A DNA stretch of 64,000 nt from an uncultured Planctomycetia bacterium (GCA_964606485.1 CAZSGP010000005.1:11649-75648); one strand, 5' to 3'; positions 47,573-56,969 are shown, counted from the first letter of the stretch. A program made the numbers and translations. Notes: a model not told the origin generated them from the letters alone.

Positions 47573-48543
47573 CTTATTAGCCCTGCGTCTTTGCATGCAT
47601 TCATATGCATCTGTATCATCCCAAGCGTCTGGGAGTCGTCAGCGGGTATTTTGCTCAGCGCTTCGGAAAAAGCGTTTTGTGCGTCGCGTGTTCGGCCAAG
47701 CCGACAATCAATCATTCCTAACGTATCCAAAATATCATAATTTCTTTGAGCGCCATTTTTAAAGGCCGTCTCAATCACACTGAGTGCCTTTTCGGAGTTT
47801 CCTTCTTGATAATAAACCCAGGCTAAGTTGTTGCTAATTTCCGCACGGCTTGGATTTTTTTCTAAAAGTTCGTTGTAAATTATTTTTGCGCGTTCCAAAC
47901 GGCCGGATTTTAGGTAAAGAGTGGCGAGATTAAATTTTTCGGATTCGTTTAATTCCCAATCTACTTTTTCGAGTGGTGAGGCAATGAGACTCCAAGACCC
48001 TGCTTTTTTCCACCGCTTGTCGAACTCTTTATAATCGATGGCTTGCGTCTCGGCCTCACCGGTATTGGCGTAAAAAATTTTAAGACCGTCGTCAAAACCT
48101 TTAAGAACAACAAAGTGATACGTTCGGGCCCATAAAACACCGGAGTCGAGCATCACAATCGGTGGAATGCCTTTACGAAGCCACTGCTTTAGATTCTCCG
48201 CACTCGACTCTTCGTGAATCTCACTCCAAAAGCCGATCGATTTCATGTATTGCGACAAACTAAAATTAAAAACTCCGCGTGTGCCAGATTTGTAAATGGT
48301 CTTACCAATCAAATCTGCGTCAGCACTCTCTCCCCAGTAACGAATCACCGACTCGAGAGCTGCTGGGCCGCATTGATACGCTTTTTGCGAAACAGCTGGC
48401 ACGCTTTCTAGGTAAAGAGATTCATGGGTGCTAAATGTCGAAGGGGGTTTAACTTGATGAGTAAAAGAGGTCGCACAGCCTGCTAAAAAAAACGGGCAGG
48501 ACAACAAAGCGATTAGCCTCATCATCCTGCCCTTCTGACTCAC
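47563..48543 (-). CDS. PA2778-like lipoprotein: C39-like papain-fold cysteine peptidase domain + TPR repeats
   Basis: Lipobox FLAGC. Catalytic Cys context YQCGPAALESVIRYWG. C-terminal TPRs NLAWVYYQEGNSEKAL... Confidence 0.6.
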   Translation of the reverse strand: MSQKGRMMRLIALLSCPFFLAGCATSFTHQVKPPSTFSTHESLYLESVPAVSQKAYQCGPAALESVIRYWGESADADLIGKTIYKSGTRGVFNFSLSQYMKSIGFWSEIHEESSAENLKQWLRKGIPPIVMLDSGVLWARTYHFVVLKGFDDGLKIFYANTGEAETQAIDYKEFDKRWKKAGSWSLIASPLEKVDWELNESEKFNLATLYLKSGRLERAKIIYNELLEKNPSRAEISNNLAWVYYQEGNSEKALSVIETAFKNGAQRNYDILDTLGMIDCRLGRTRDAQNAFSEALSKIPADDSQTLGMIQMHMNACKDAGLISSA

Positions 48544-48551
48544 TTCCCGAT

Positions 48552-48947
48552 TTAATTTATTCTTTGATGGTTGGACAATCTGACAAAAATAATTGCCAGA
48601 ATCGCAATCACCAAAATCGTAATGATAATTCCAAGACCCGCGTCTCCTGCCACTTTCACCTGATTCGACTTTTGCGCCACACTAGCGAGCTGCTCATCAT
48701 CAAGCTGGGCGAGCTGCTCTCTCAGTTCGATCGGGCTAACTCCCATCATCATCATGTGAGCCCTCGCTTGAGGACCGGACAAATCAGCCACAATGTGACT
48801 AATTTGAGCTTGCCGGATCGAAGCGTTGTCAAACGTTGCTACCGACGCGCTTGGCATTGCAAAAGCATTGGAAGGAGGAATGCTAATTAGAATCGTCCAC
48901 ACTGCCAATGTCATCACCAACTTACGGTTCAGTAAGAATTTTCTCAT
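48552..48947 (-). CDS. PA2779-like secreted protein with C-terminal membrane anchor
   Basis: Signal peptide, MMMMGVSPIELREQLAQLDDEQL, and a C-terminal TM GLGIIITILVIAILAIIFV. It is paired with the PA2778-like gene 8 nt downstream. Confidence 0.5.
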   Translation of the reverse strand: MRKFLLNRKLVMTLAVWTILISIPPSNAFAMPSASVATFDNASIRQAQISHIVADLSGPQARAHMMMMGVSPIELREQLAQLDDEQLASVAQKSNQVKVAGDAGLGIIITILVIAILAIIFVRLSNHQRIN

Positions 48948-48996
48948 AGTTGTTTCTCCTTAGGCTCCCATCATAGTTGAAGCACGGCGCTTACGA

Positions 48997-49032
48997 ATAT
49001 CGGGGCGATTCCTTTATTTGCTATCGGGAATG
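48997..49032 (-). promoter_or_regulatory. Bipartite motif, site f (ATATCGGGGCGATT-N11-CTATCGGGAATG)
   Basis: It lies 50 nt upstream of the PA2779-like start and overlaps the stop of the 811-aa gene. Confidence 0.35.
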
Positions 49033-51405
49033 AGACGATACCAAAACCACTTCCGCTTGAAGATCAGCAATCAGCGGCAAGTGATCGGATGCTATTTTTT
49101 CAAGCTCCGTTCTAGGCGCTTGGATATGGGTTGCGCGAAACCCAGGTCCCATAAAAATATGATCCACAAGACCGAGCGGGTAAAAACTGGGGAGTGTCTT
49201 TAAGGGTCGGTTGTCTTTAAATTCAGAATGAGTATTCTTAAGCATTTTTTCGAGCTCTTTGCAGATCTTGGAATGAGGCAGTGCGTTCAAGTCTCCACAA
49301 AATAAAATGGGGCCTAGGCCCGCGGCGGCTCCCATCCACTCCGGACCGCAGAGCGCTTTGACCTGCAGAAGTCCTTCTGTTGGCGAAAGACTCAAGTGAG
49401 TGTTGAAAATTTGCACCTTTAGCCCATGCCACTCCAATTCTATCCACAACGCCCCGCGCGGTTCTAAAAAGGATCTCTGCGAAAGCTTCGGTAAATTTCC
49501 ATTTTTGATAAGCTTCATTGGAAACTTACTAAAAAACGCGTTCCCGTGTTTGCCTTTCTCGGTGGAGATGGCCGGGTGAAAATGAAAAGCCATGCTTAAT
49601 TTTTGCGCAATGAGTTGCGCCTGATAAACCTGCTCGTTCGACTTAAGTTCCTGCAGTGCGATCAGATCCGGACGGTGTCTTGCGATAATCCCGGCGATTC
49701 GACTCGGCGAAATTTTTCCGTCGCGGCCCATGCATCCGTGGACGTTATACGTCATGATTCGTAAACTCGGCGGGCTGGCAAGAGACACTCCGTTTTTTGG
49801 TGAGGCGTCTCCCCGCTCTTGTGCGCGAAAGGCAGCATCCCGAAGATCCTGCGTGTAAAGCGTCTCTTTGCCGAAGAATGTTCCCATGGGGAGCATTGCA
49901 AAAGCACTGGTTTCTTCGGGCCCTGGTCCCGCGTGACTTCCTTGCTCGTCACAAAATGTGAGTGATTTAAAACCCTTTCTCCAACCTAAAATCACAAGCT
50001 CCCCCGAATCTGGATGATGGCAGAGCTCCACCAAGTCCCGCACGACTTCTTTGAAAAAGGGGTGACTCGTTTCCAAAACTTTCTCGGCGTCTTCCGGAAA
50101 TCTAAATTTTCCATCAGCGTTCCAAACAAGCGCGTGTTCCGGCCCGTCGGGAATCATGACGATGGGAATCTTGGCTTGAGCGACAAGTTGCAAGCAAATA
50201 ACCTCTTTTTCCTCGATTGGAATCGCTTCGGGTAAATAAACATGCCCCACCGATCCGAGACTCGTGATAATAGACCGTGAAGAGAGTTCCTTATTTTCAA
50301 CACTTTCTGATTCTGATTTTTTTAAGGGGCTGTTCCTGAGTAAATGAGAGCGCCAATGATGGCTATGGGAATTAAATTGTGTCGACCATTTTCGTGAGGC
50401 GCTCACTTCTTTTAAAACTTGATGGACAGCTTCTTGCGCCGGGCGGCCGTACTCCTCCTGGTAGTTTGAGGTTTCTTCCTGTCCATGATCTGAATAAATA
50501 AAAACATCGTAATGACGCACGTCGGATCGTTGCGCCGCTTTCCAAACTTTTGCGATGGCGCTGTCGATTCCCCTCAAAGACCAATGCGCGAAAGCCGACT
50601 TCGGTCCTTGGTGATGGGCTTGCTCGTCATAGCCGGCTAGGTTCATGTGAATCACCGGTAGTCCTCGGGCAATATCGATCCTAACACCCGTCGCAATCAC
50701 CTCTCGCAGTACAATGCACACAGCCACTCTCATTGCGACATAATTCATTTCGCTTAATAATTTTTTTCCGGACAGTATTCCCCGGATGGAATCCACAACG
50801 GCCAATATAAATTCTAAAAATACGAGGAATAAAGCCCGGAAAAAAATATGAAAATTTAAAAGCATCGTGAGAGGCCCGGCAAGTGGATTCGCCGCGGTCC
50901 ATAAACTTCCCCACCCGACCGAAGACGCGCAGAAATGAGCTTCTTTGGCGCCCCCTGTAAAAATATTGCCGTATGCGCTCCCGTCTTTTAAGAGAGGCTC
51001 CCGTTGGTCTTTCAAACGGTTTTCAACGGCGGCGGCGGAAGCGGGGCTAAACATATTAAAAAGTTCCCCCGTTTGACTGTCTTTATAACTAAACGCGGGC
51101 ACGCAAGACTTCACCCCATAAAAAAGAGCGCCTTGCACCGCCGGTGTATTGGAAGGCACGCCGCTGTAATGCCGGTAGATCTCGTAGCTTTCTTTTTTCA
51201 AGAGGCGCGCACAAAATGGCATATTTCTTTTTTGAATGGCGCGCTTCAGCTGAGTGAGCGAGAGACCATCTACCTGAATCATGACGAGCCCCGGAGCCTG
51301 AGACGCATTTTTTATTTTAGGAAGATTTAAAAGACGCGCCATCCAATCTTGCGGATTAAATACCCGCCAAAACTTTCTAAAGGCGGCTTCAATTCTAACG
51401 ATCAT
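49021..51405 (-). CDS. Membrane-anchored fusion of an alkaline-phosphatase-superfamily (NPP / type I phosphodiesterase-like) domain with a C-terminal endonuclease/exonuclease/phosphatase (EEP) domain
   Basis: N-terminal LVMIQVDGLSL...SGVPSNTP (NPP-like metal/nucleophile motifs). Central TM helix LLNFHIFFRALFLVFLEFILAVV. C-terminal MTYNVHGC...LIALQELK...GDLNALPHS...SDHLPLIADL (EEP motifs). The start is taken at MIVRIE and overlaps the GT4 stop as ATGA. Confidence 0.6.
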   Translation of the reverse strand: MIVRIEAAFRKFWRVFNPQDWMARLLNLPKIKNASQAPGLVMIQVDGLSLTQLKRAIQKRNMPFCARLLKKESYEIYRHYSGVPSNTPAVQGALFYGVKSCVPAFSYKDSQTGELFNMFSPASAAAVENRLKDQREPLLKDGSAYGNIFTGGAKEAHFCASSVGWGSLWTAANPLAGPLTMLLNFHIFFRALFLVFLEFILAVVDSIRGILSGKKLLSEMNYVAMRVAVCIVLREVIATGVRIDIARGLPVIHMNLAGYDEQAHHQGPKSAFAHWSLRGIDSAIAKVWKAAQRSDVRHYDVFIYSDHGQEETSNYQEEYGRPAQEAVHQVLKEVSASRKWSTQFNSHSHHWRSHLLRNSPLKKSESESVENKELSSRSIITSLGSVGHVYLPEAIPIEEKEVICLQLVAQAKIPIVMIPDGPEHALVWNADGKFRFPEDAEKVLETSHPFFKEVVRDLVELCHHPDSGELVILGWRKGFKSLTFCDEQGSHAGPGPEETSAFAMLPMGTFFGKETLYTQDLRDAAFRAQERGDASPKNGVSLASPPSLRIMTYNVHGCMGRDGKISPSRIAGIIARHRPDLIALQELKSNEQVYQAQLIAQKLSMAFHFHPAISTEKGKHGNAFFSKFPMKLIKNGNLPKLSQRSFLEPRGALWIELEWHGLKVQIFNTHLSLSPTEGLLQVKALCGPEWMGAAAGLGPILFCGDLNALPHSKICKELEKMLKNTHSEFKDNRPLKTLPSFYPLGLVDHIFMGPGFRATHIQAPRTELEKIASDHLPLIADLQAEVVLVSSHSR

Positions 51406-52622
51406 GTGAAGACCCCTGCGCCGACAGACTTCGTGAAGTTCGAAAAAAGATCCCACTCCGCGTTCGCGTGTTGGAGAATTGGAAACCGCCGCTTTTTGGT
51501 TTTTAAGCTTCGGTACTCTTCGAGCGCTTTGGACGCACTTAGCTCAACGGAATAATTTTTGGCGGTTTCTTTGGCAGCCTCCATTAATCTTTTTTTCTGT
51601 GTTGGCGAGCGGTCCAAAACCCACGTTAAGCATTTTGAAAATTCTGCTTCGCTCTCCCTCGCCACCAAGCGGCCGTTGACTTTATCGATCACGATATCCC
51701 GCACACCCGGTGCGTCGACAGCCACCACAGGCGCTCCCGCGGCCATGGCTTCGTTGAGCACCATGCCCTGCGTTTCACTCTGAGAAGCAAAAGCAAACAC
51801 GTCGATCGCTTGATAGGCTTCGATCAGTTTCTTTCCTTTCATCTCGCCGGCAAATCGCAGCTGTCTTTCTAAATTGCATTCTTTAAAATGCAGCGTGATG
51901 GCTTCTTCGAGCGGCCCGCTTCCCACCACTAAAAAAAGAGCGTTTTTTTGATTCATTAAAAAACGGGCAACGGCCTTCATTAAAAAAGGGAGATTTTTTT
52001 CCTCGGCAAGCCGGCCGACATAACCCACCACAAATGCCTTCTCGGGGATGTCATTATCTTCTTTGAAATTCTTGCTCGTTCCATTGAATTGATTCAAGTG
52101 AAGACCCGTCGGAATAACGGCAATGGGAGTTTTAACCCCATGTCCTTTGATCATTTCGGAAACGCTTTCACTCGGCGCAATCACCCGGTCACAAAAATTG
52201 GCGTAGCCCGTGGAAAGACGAATGATAAATTTTCTGAGTGGCCCTTGCGCCCACGGCATCCAGTGAATATTTTCTTCGTAAAGTGAGTGATGCGTAAAAA
52301 CAAGCGGCACGTTGTGAGCGTACGCCAACCGCAGCGCCGTGTCGCCCATCAAAAACGGATGGTGCGTGTGAACGATATCCGGCTTAAATTTTCCAAGGCT
52401 CTTGATAAAAAACACGGGCATGGGGAGCTTGATTGAATATTTAGACCCATTAAAATTTTGAATCGCCGGCACGCGGATCACATCAAGCTCTTTTTCGGAA
52501 GCGTCTTTAAATTCCGGCGCAACAATCACAACGCGGTGTCCGCGCTTGCGGTATTCCGCCGAAAATGAGGCGATTGAAAGCTCAAGCCCGCCGACAATCG
52601 GCAAATACGTGTTGGTGACCAT
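51402..52622 (-). CDS. Glycosyltransferase family 4 (GT-B)
   Basis: MVTNTYLPIVGGLELSIASFS...RGHRVVIVAP and C-terminal ...ETQGMVLNEAMAAGAPVVA. Confidence 0.8.
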   Translation of the reverse strand: MVTNTYLPIVGGLELSIASFSAEYRKRGHRVVIVAPEFKDASEKELDVIRVPAIQNFNGSKYSIKLPMPVFFIKSLGKFKPDIVHTHHPFLMGDTALRLAYAHNVPLVFTHHSLYEENIHWMPWAQGPLRKFIIRLSTGYANFCDRVIAPSESVSEMIKGHGVKTPIAVIPTGLHLNQFNGTSKNFKEDNDIPEKAFVVGYVGRLAEEKNLPFLMKAVARFLMNQKNALFLVVGSGPLEEAITLHFKECNLERQLRFAGEMKGKKLIEAYQAIDVFAFASQSETQGMVLNEAMAAGAPVVAVDAPGVRDIVIDKVNGRLVARESEAEFSKCLTWVLDRSPTQKKRLMEAAKETAKNYSVELSASKALEEYRSLKTKKRRFPILQHANAEWDLFSNFTKSVGAGVFT

Positions 52623-52630
52623 TAAAATAT

Positions 52631-54901
52631 TCACAGCGAGATTTCGACCGCGCTGTTGCCTATTTGGACTGGGACGTTCGCTAAGCCGGGGAAGCGGATT
52701 TCGATCACTGGCTCTTTGCCGTCCCGCCACTGCCCCGACCACTGAACTCTCACTTTTTTATTTTGGGTCTGAATCTGGATTTTAATCGGGCCGAAACGAG
52801 TGAGCGTGGGACCTAGCGATAAGTTAGTGCCGTTCGTTAACCATTCTTTGGGAATTCCAGAACACAGGACTAACTTTCCATCGGACTCTTCTTCGCGTAC
52901 AAAGCAATTCCGGATCATCTGCACCCATTCTGAAGCGGCCCACAAGTGCTGCCCGTCGCCCATGCATCCGCCTTTTGTCCGGGGATGAATGGCTTCAGGC
53001 CACTGACCCGTCGGCGAGGCAAGCGACGCAATCGCGTTCATCAAATCAAAAAAACGGGGATCTCCCGCTCTCAAAAAAACCTGGGCGATGTGCAGTGTAA
53101 GATACGGGTTAATCCCCGAGTGGCTGATTTCCTGATAAAACCCACCCTCAAAAAAACATTCCTTAAATAAATAATCAACCGTATTCAAGAGTCTTGCGTC
53201 GTTCGCCTTAAAAAGTTGTAAGGGGTATCCTGCGGCAACAGACCCGATCGCCCCAGCGTCCATTCTTCGATGAGGAGACGCCGGCATAAACGGCCCCCCG
53301 ATTTGTCCGCGCAGATTCTTAAGGCTTTTTTCGATGCATTCCATAAATTCCAAAGACTCGCCTAAAAGATTTTCCGCAAAACTCTTATCACCGTATGCGG
53401 CTGTCAAATAACGACCCGCTTGAAAACCCGCAACGCCCCAAAAATCGTCCCAGTAGTAATAGTCATTGTGACCCAGATGTTCGGCGCTAAAACCGATGGG
53501 TAGCAAACCAAAATAAGGGCTATCTTTCTTTTTAATTCGTCTTGCTTTGAGCCACTGCACGGCTTTATAAATGGGTTTGCGCCATTTTGGTTTTGGTTTT
53601 GTTCCGGTGAGTTCGCAAAAGCGTTGCATAATCCACAAAGCTTCTCCGTTAGAGTCCCACTCCCCGTCTTGCGACAGAAAATATCCGCTCCTGGTTTGAC
53701 GCGAGGGAAAGCGGTCGATGACTTTTTCAACGCGGTCGATCATTCCGACACATAGCATGGTGTGCAGCATGAAAGCCGCGTCGCGAAACCAAAATCGTTT
53801 GTAGGTGAAAGGTCCCGGATAAATATCTAGAGGCGAATGCAAAATCAAAGATCGGATCGCGGCGTCATAAAGAAATTGAAACTGTTTGTTGGGGATCTCG
53901 AGCTCACAAAGACCTTTTAAATTTTCGTCCCATTTTTGAATGGGGAAATCTTCCGAGTGCTGGCTGGGCTCGCGATCAAAATCCTTTTTGAGAGGAATGG
54001 AGACGATGATTTGCCGCTCTCTATTTGGTTCGAGCTCGAAAAGTGCAACCGCTGTCGCAAGGCCCACATTGCACTCGACCTGCGACGCTTCAGTGGACAC
54101 AGCGAGCTGCCCAAATACATCCCCATCCCAGTAGCGGGAAAAATTAACCCGGTCGGGCTTCGCATTAAAATGAATAAAAGAATGTCCGTTTACTTTCCAT
54201 CCGCGTCGGCTTTCAAGCAGCGCAATTTTATCGATGAAGCTAATCCCCTCCGGATTGTAAGGTCTTAGCGAGACCGCGAGCCACCCGCCTTTCGGAGAAA
54301 ACGCAGACAGTTTGATCCGACAAATCGTCACCGGCTCTTCCTGATATGAGTCGACGTTTGAGCGAAGAACAATGCCTTGATCATCGGCGATCGTTTGAAT
54401 CTGAGGATTTCCCTTAAGAATAAATTCCTGCTGAACTTTTTTTAATCGCGAAGGAACGAGTGCCGTGCCATCCGTTTTTACAATCCACTGATCGATGGAC
54501 CACCCGTCAAAAAAGGGAGTTACAAGACCCCTTGGGTCCACAATTGTAAAATCAACCGAATCCGGAACGCCGATCGCCGTCCAATTGCGATGTGTCAGAT
54601 TTAAATCCGCTAAATTAAAAGCGCGGGGAAGAAACGATTCGTCGTTTGGGTCAAACTGGCGCTCGACCCAGTAAGGCCAAACCCAGTCCATGTTGTGTTG
54701 AATGGCCTGACTATTGATGAGACCTCTGGCTTGCATCACAGCACCCGCCCGAAGCAGTTCCTTGGGGGCTGTTAATTCGGACACTTGAGCAAAACGTCTT
54801 AAGTGAGATAAAAGAAGGATGGGGTCAGGAAAGCCTTCCGCGGCTGCAACAATCCTGACAATAAAATTCCACAAACGCCACTGCAATTTTTTCCAAATCA
54901 C
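52631..54901 (-). CDS. (alpha/alpha)6-barrel glycoside hydrolase, clan GH-L-like (GH15/GH63/amylo-alpha-1,6-glucosidase-type)
   Basis: YKRFWFRDAAFM (the WxRD motif of GH15/GDE-type enzymes) and later acidic residues in GFYQEISHSG / WPEAIHP context. There is an N-terminal beta-sandwich. Confidence 0.5.
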   Translation of the reverse strand: MIWKKLQWRLWNFIVRIVAAAEGFPDPILLLSHLRRFAQVSELTAPKELLRAGAVMQARGLINSQAIQHNMDWVWPYWVERQFDPNDESFLPRAFNLADLNLTHRNWTAIGVPDSVDFTIVDPRGLVTPFFDGWSIDQWIVKTDGTALVPSRLKKVQQEFILKGNPQIQTIADDQGIVLRSNVDSYQEEPVTICRIKLSAFSPKGGWLAVSLRPYNPEGISFIDKIALLESRRGWKVNGHSFIHFNAKPDRVNFSRYWDGDVFGQLAVSTEASQVECNVGLATAVALFELEPNRERQIIVSIPLKKDFDREPSQHSEDFPIQKWDENLKGLCELEIPNKQFQFLYDAAIRSLILHSPLDIYPGPFTYKRFWFRDAAFMLHTMLCVGMIDRVEKVIDRFPSRQTRSGYFLSQDGEWDSNGEALWIMQRFCELTGTKPKPKWRKPIYKAVQWLKARRIKKKDSPYFGLLPIGFSAEHLGHNDYYYWDDFWGVAGFQAGRYLTAAYGDKSFAENLLGESLEFMECIEKSLKNLRGQIGGPFMPASPHRRMDAGAIGSVAAGYPLQLFKANDARLLNTVDYLFKECFFEGGFYQEISHSGINPYLTLHIAQVFLRAGDPRFFDLMNAIASLASPTGQWPEAIHPRTKGGCMGDGQHLWAASEWVQMIRNCFVREEESDGKLVLCSGIPKEWLTNGTNLSLGPTLTRFGPIKIQIQTQNKKVRVQWSGQWRDGKEPVIEIRFPGLANVPVQIGNSAVEISL

Positions 54902-55602
54902 CCTATCTCCCCTTTTCCGGAGGGATTTCCATCAGCCGTTTCGATGCTTCTCTGTTCCAAAACGGGTAGATGAGGACTGATGGGATAAACGCTTTGCTCA
55001 AATTCATCTCTCCTAAGAATTGTTTCGTACAAAAGTCGTCGGGCATCCATGTATCCGGGGTTCATTTGAAGGGCTCGAACACTGTCGGAGAGCGCTGCGT
55101 CAATATAGCCGCTCAGCATGAACGCCAGACCGCGCATGAAATAAAGTTGGGGATCCTCCGGAGAAAGTTTTATGGCAATTGAACTATCGGCAATAGCGCC
55201 TTCGAAATCATTTTTGACGATCCGCGCATTGCACCGCTCGAAGTAATAACCGGATTGGGTTTGATTGAGCTCAATGGCCTTTGAAAAATCAGAAATCGCC
55301 GCGTCGATCTTGTGTTGCCGCCGGTAACTCGCACCCCGGTTGAAGTACACGTCCGGCGCATTGGGTTCTATTGCAATCGCCCGCGATAAATCAGCGATCG
55401 CCGCGTCGTATTCCCCTTTTTCAAAGTAGCCCGTGCCGCGGTTAAAGTAGGCCTTTGCGTCTTGGGGGTCCGTTTTTAAAATTTGATTGGATTCAGCGAT
55501 CCATTCATCAGGACTTTTTTCGTCCGCGTAAACCGGCGCAACACCCGCACCGATCACCGCACAAAAAAGAGACAATGCTATCCATCGGACTAATCTTTTC
55601 AT
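54898..55602 (-). CDS. Secreted TPR-repeat protein
   Basis: Signal peptide. Five or more TPR units (AKAYFNRGTGYFEKGEYDAAIADLSRAIAIEP...). Confidence 0.8.
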   Translation of the reverse strand: MKRLVRWIALSLFCAVIGAGVAPVYADEKSPDEWIAESNQILKTDPQDAKAYFNRGTGYFEKGEYDAAIADLSRAIAIEPNAPDVYFNRGASYRRQHKIDAAISDFSKAIELNQTQSGYYFERCNARIVKNDFEGAIADSSIAIKLSPEDPQLYFMRGLAFMLSGYIDAALSDSVRALQMNPGYMDARRLLYETILRRDEFEQSVYPISPHLPVLEQRSIETADGNPSGKGEIG

Positions 55603-55635
55603 AACGTCATGTTAAAGCAGGCGTCGTTTTTTAGA

Positions 55636-55671
55636 AATCAGGTCAAGCGCCTAAGTTTCTATCGGGGGAAC
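55636..55671 (-). promoter_or_regulatory. Bipartite motif, site g (AAATCAGGTCAAGC-N10-CTATCGGGGGAAC)
   Basis: It lies 35 nt upstream of the TPR gene start and overlaps the DUF3108 stop. Confidence 0.4.
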
Positions 55672-56508
55672 GCCTTTTGGAGGGGTAGGGTGTTTCAACA
55701 CGCCTTCCACAGAGCCGAACGGAGTTTGGAATTTTATAAAGACAGGTGTGTGAAACTTGTCGTTCTTTAAATAAATCAATGCTTTTCCTTTTTTTGCCCT
55801 CTCCCCTTTAAGCTGAGTCTTGGGCTCAATTATGAAAACGTCCACAAGGCCCTGCCCGCGGAGCTCAACCCTCTTTCTCGAGAGAACATTCACATCCAGA
55901 GTCCAATCCACTTGATTGCAGCTAAGCACCACTTTCATAGATTGGCCGGGGACAAGCGCCTGGCGCCGCACCCAGTAAAAAACACTCAAAACATCTTGCA
56001 CAGGTGTCGTGACATCAAACTCTTTTTTTCGGCCCGTCTCAAAAGATTCGCTGCGGCCTTTTCGGCGAGAAGCATAAAACTCGTCCTTTTCATCGGCATG
56101 AGTCTTGCCTTCGTCCATTTTCTTTTGAAACTGAAGGGATTGGAGTGTGTGGACGTCGATCCAGCTGTGTGCTTCATTTTTAACCGGATAAAACTTTGAA
56201 AGAAATGGGTTCGCTTGCACCTTCCCAACAACATGAAATACTTTCCTTCCGCGCAAAACAGTCTTTTCTTTGACCCACACTTCGCCCACGCCTACCGGAA
56301 TCCCAATCCAAAACACGTCGTAAATAAAACGTTCACCCACGCGAATCGTCTGATCGGGAGAAACTAGCTCGCCGGATTTGGTCACACGAGCATTCGTAGA
56401 AAAATTAGTCGCAGAAAAAAGAACCTGGCCCGGAGCAAATAAAAGGAAAAGGAAGAAAAGTAAGGTCGTAAGATAACGCTTCATACTTTCGTTTCCTTTT
56501 CCTATCAA
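55651..56508 (-). CDS. DUF3108-like secreted protein
   Basis: Signal peptide followed by GERFIYDVFWIGIPVGVGEVWVKEK..., the GE.L.Y.V.W.G..AG pattern typical of DUF3108. Confidence 0.5.
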   Translation of the reverse strand: MIGKGNESMKRYLTTLLFFLFLLFAPGQVLFSATNFSTNARVTKSGELVSPDQTIRVGERFIYDVFWIGIPVGVGEVWVKEKTVLRGRKVFHVVGKVQANPFLSKFYPVKNEAHSWIDVHTLQSLQFQKKMDEGKTHADEKDEFYASRRKGRSESFETGRKKEFDVTTPVQDVLSVFYWVRRQALVPGQSMKVVLSCNQVDWTLDVNVLSRKRVELRGQGLVDVFIIEPKTQLKGERAKKGKALIYLKNDKFHTPVFIKFQTPFGSVEGVLKHPTPPKGVPPIET

Positions 56509-56541
56509 TCACACCGGGCCCAGACCCCTTTAAGCGTGCTG

Positions 56542-56715
56542 CTATTCGCCTGCCGTGGTGTGTTTCACATTCGTATACGGCAGGTAGGCTCCATTTTTCA
56601 AACTGTCGTCCATCGGTGAAGAGCGTCCTGATTCGTCGTTGAAATCATACGCATAGGGCCTCTGCGGTTTGCGCCATGGAGACTCGTTCTTTTTTCGTGT
56701 CGGCTTTTGACTCAT
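56542..56715 (-). CDS. 57-aa hydrophilic hypothetical protein (MSQKPTRKKNESPWRKPQRPYAYDFNDESGRSSPMDDSLKNGAYLPYTNVKHTTAGE)
   Basis: It follows the DUF3309 gene by 14 nt on the same strand. Below the ORF-track length cutoff. Confidence 0.3.
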   Translation of the reverse strand: MSQKPTRKKNESPWRKPQRPYAYDFNDESGRSSPMDDSLKNGAYLPYTNVKHTTAGE

Positions 56716-56729
56716 AATTCTTCCTTTCG

Positions 56730-56885
56730 TTACGTTAACCGTCCGCTAACTGCAAGCACAATCAAAACAATAAAAATAATTGAGAACACGCCGCTCGGCG
56801 CATATCCCCAATGCATGCTATAAGGCCAAGTCGGAAGCGCTCCAACCAGCAAAAGCACTAGTAGCACTAGTAAAATAGTTCTCAT
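56730..56885 (-). CDS. DUF3309 family small membrane protein (51 aa)
   Basis: MRTILLVLLVLLLVGALPTWPYSMHWGYAPSGVFSIIFIVLIVLAVSGRLT contains the GALPTWPYS..WGY signature. Motif site h is 50 nt upstream. Confidence 0.65.
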   Translation of the reverse strand: MRTILLVLLVLLLVGALPTWPYSMHWGYAPSGVFSIIFIVLIVLAVSGRLT

Positions 56886-56932
56886 GATGACTCTCCTTTT
56901 TTTGCTCACGATTCCATATTAGGCTAAGCATG

Positions 56933-56969
56933 GGAGTCGTAAAATCAGGGTAAATGCGCAATTCGTCAT
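56933..56969 (-). promoter_or_regulatory. Bipartite motif, site h (AAATCAGGGTAAAT-N11-CATCGGGGAAAT)
   Basis: It lies in the intergenic region between the autotransporter stop and the DUF3309 start. Confidence 0.45.
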
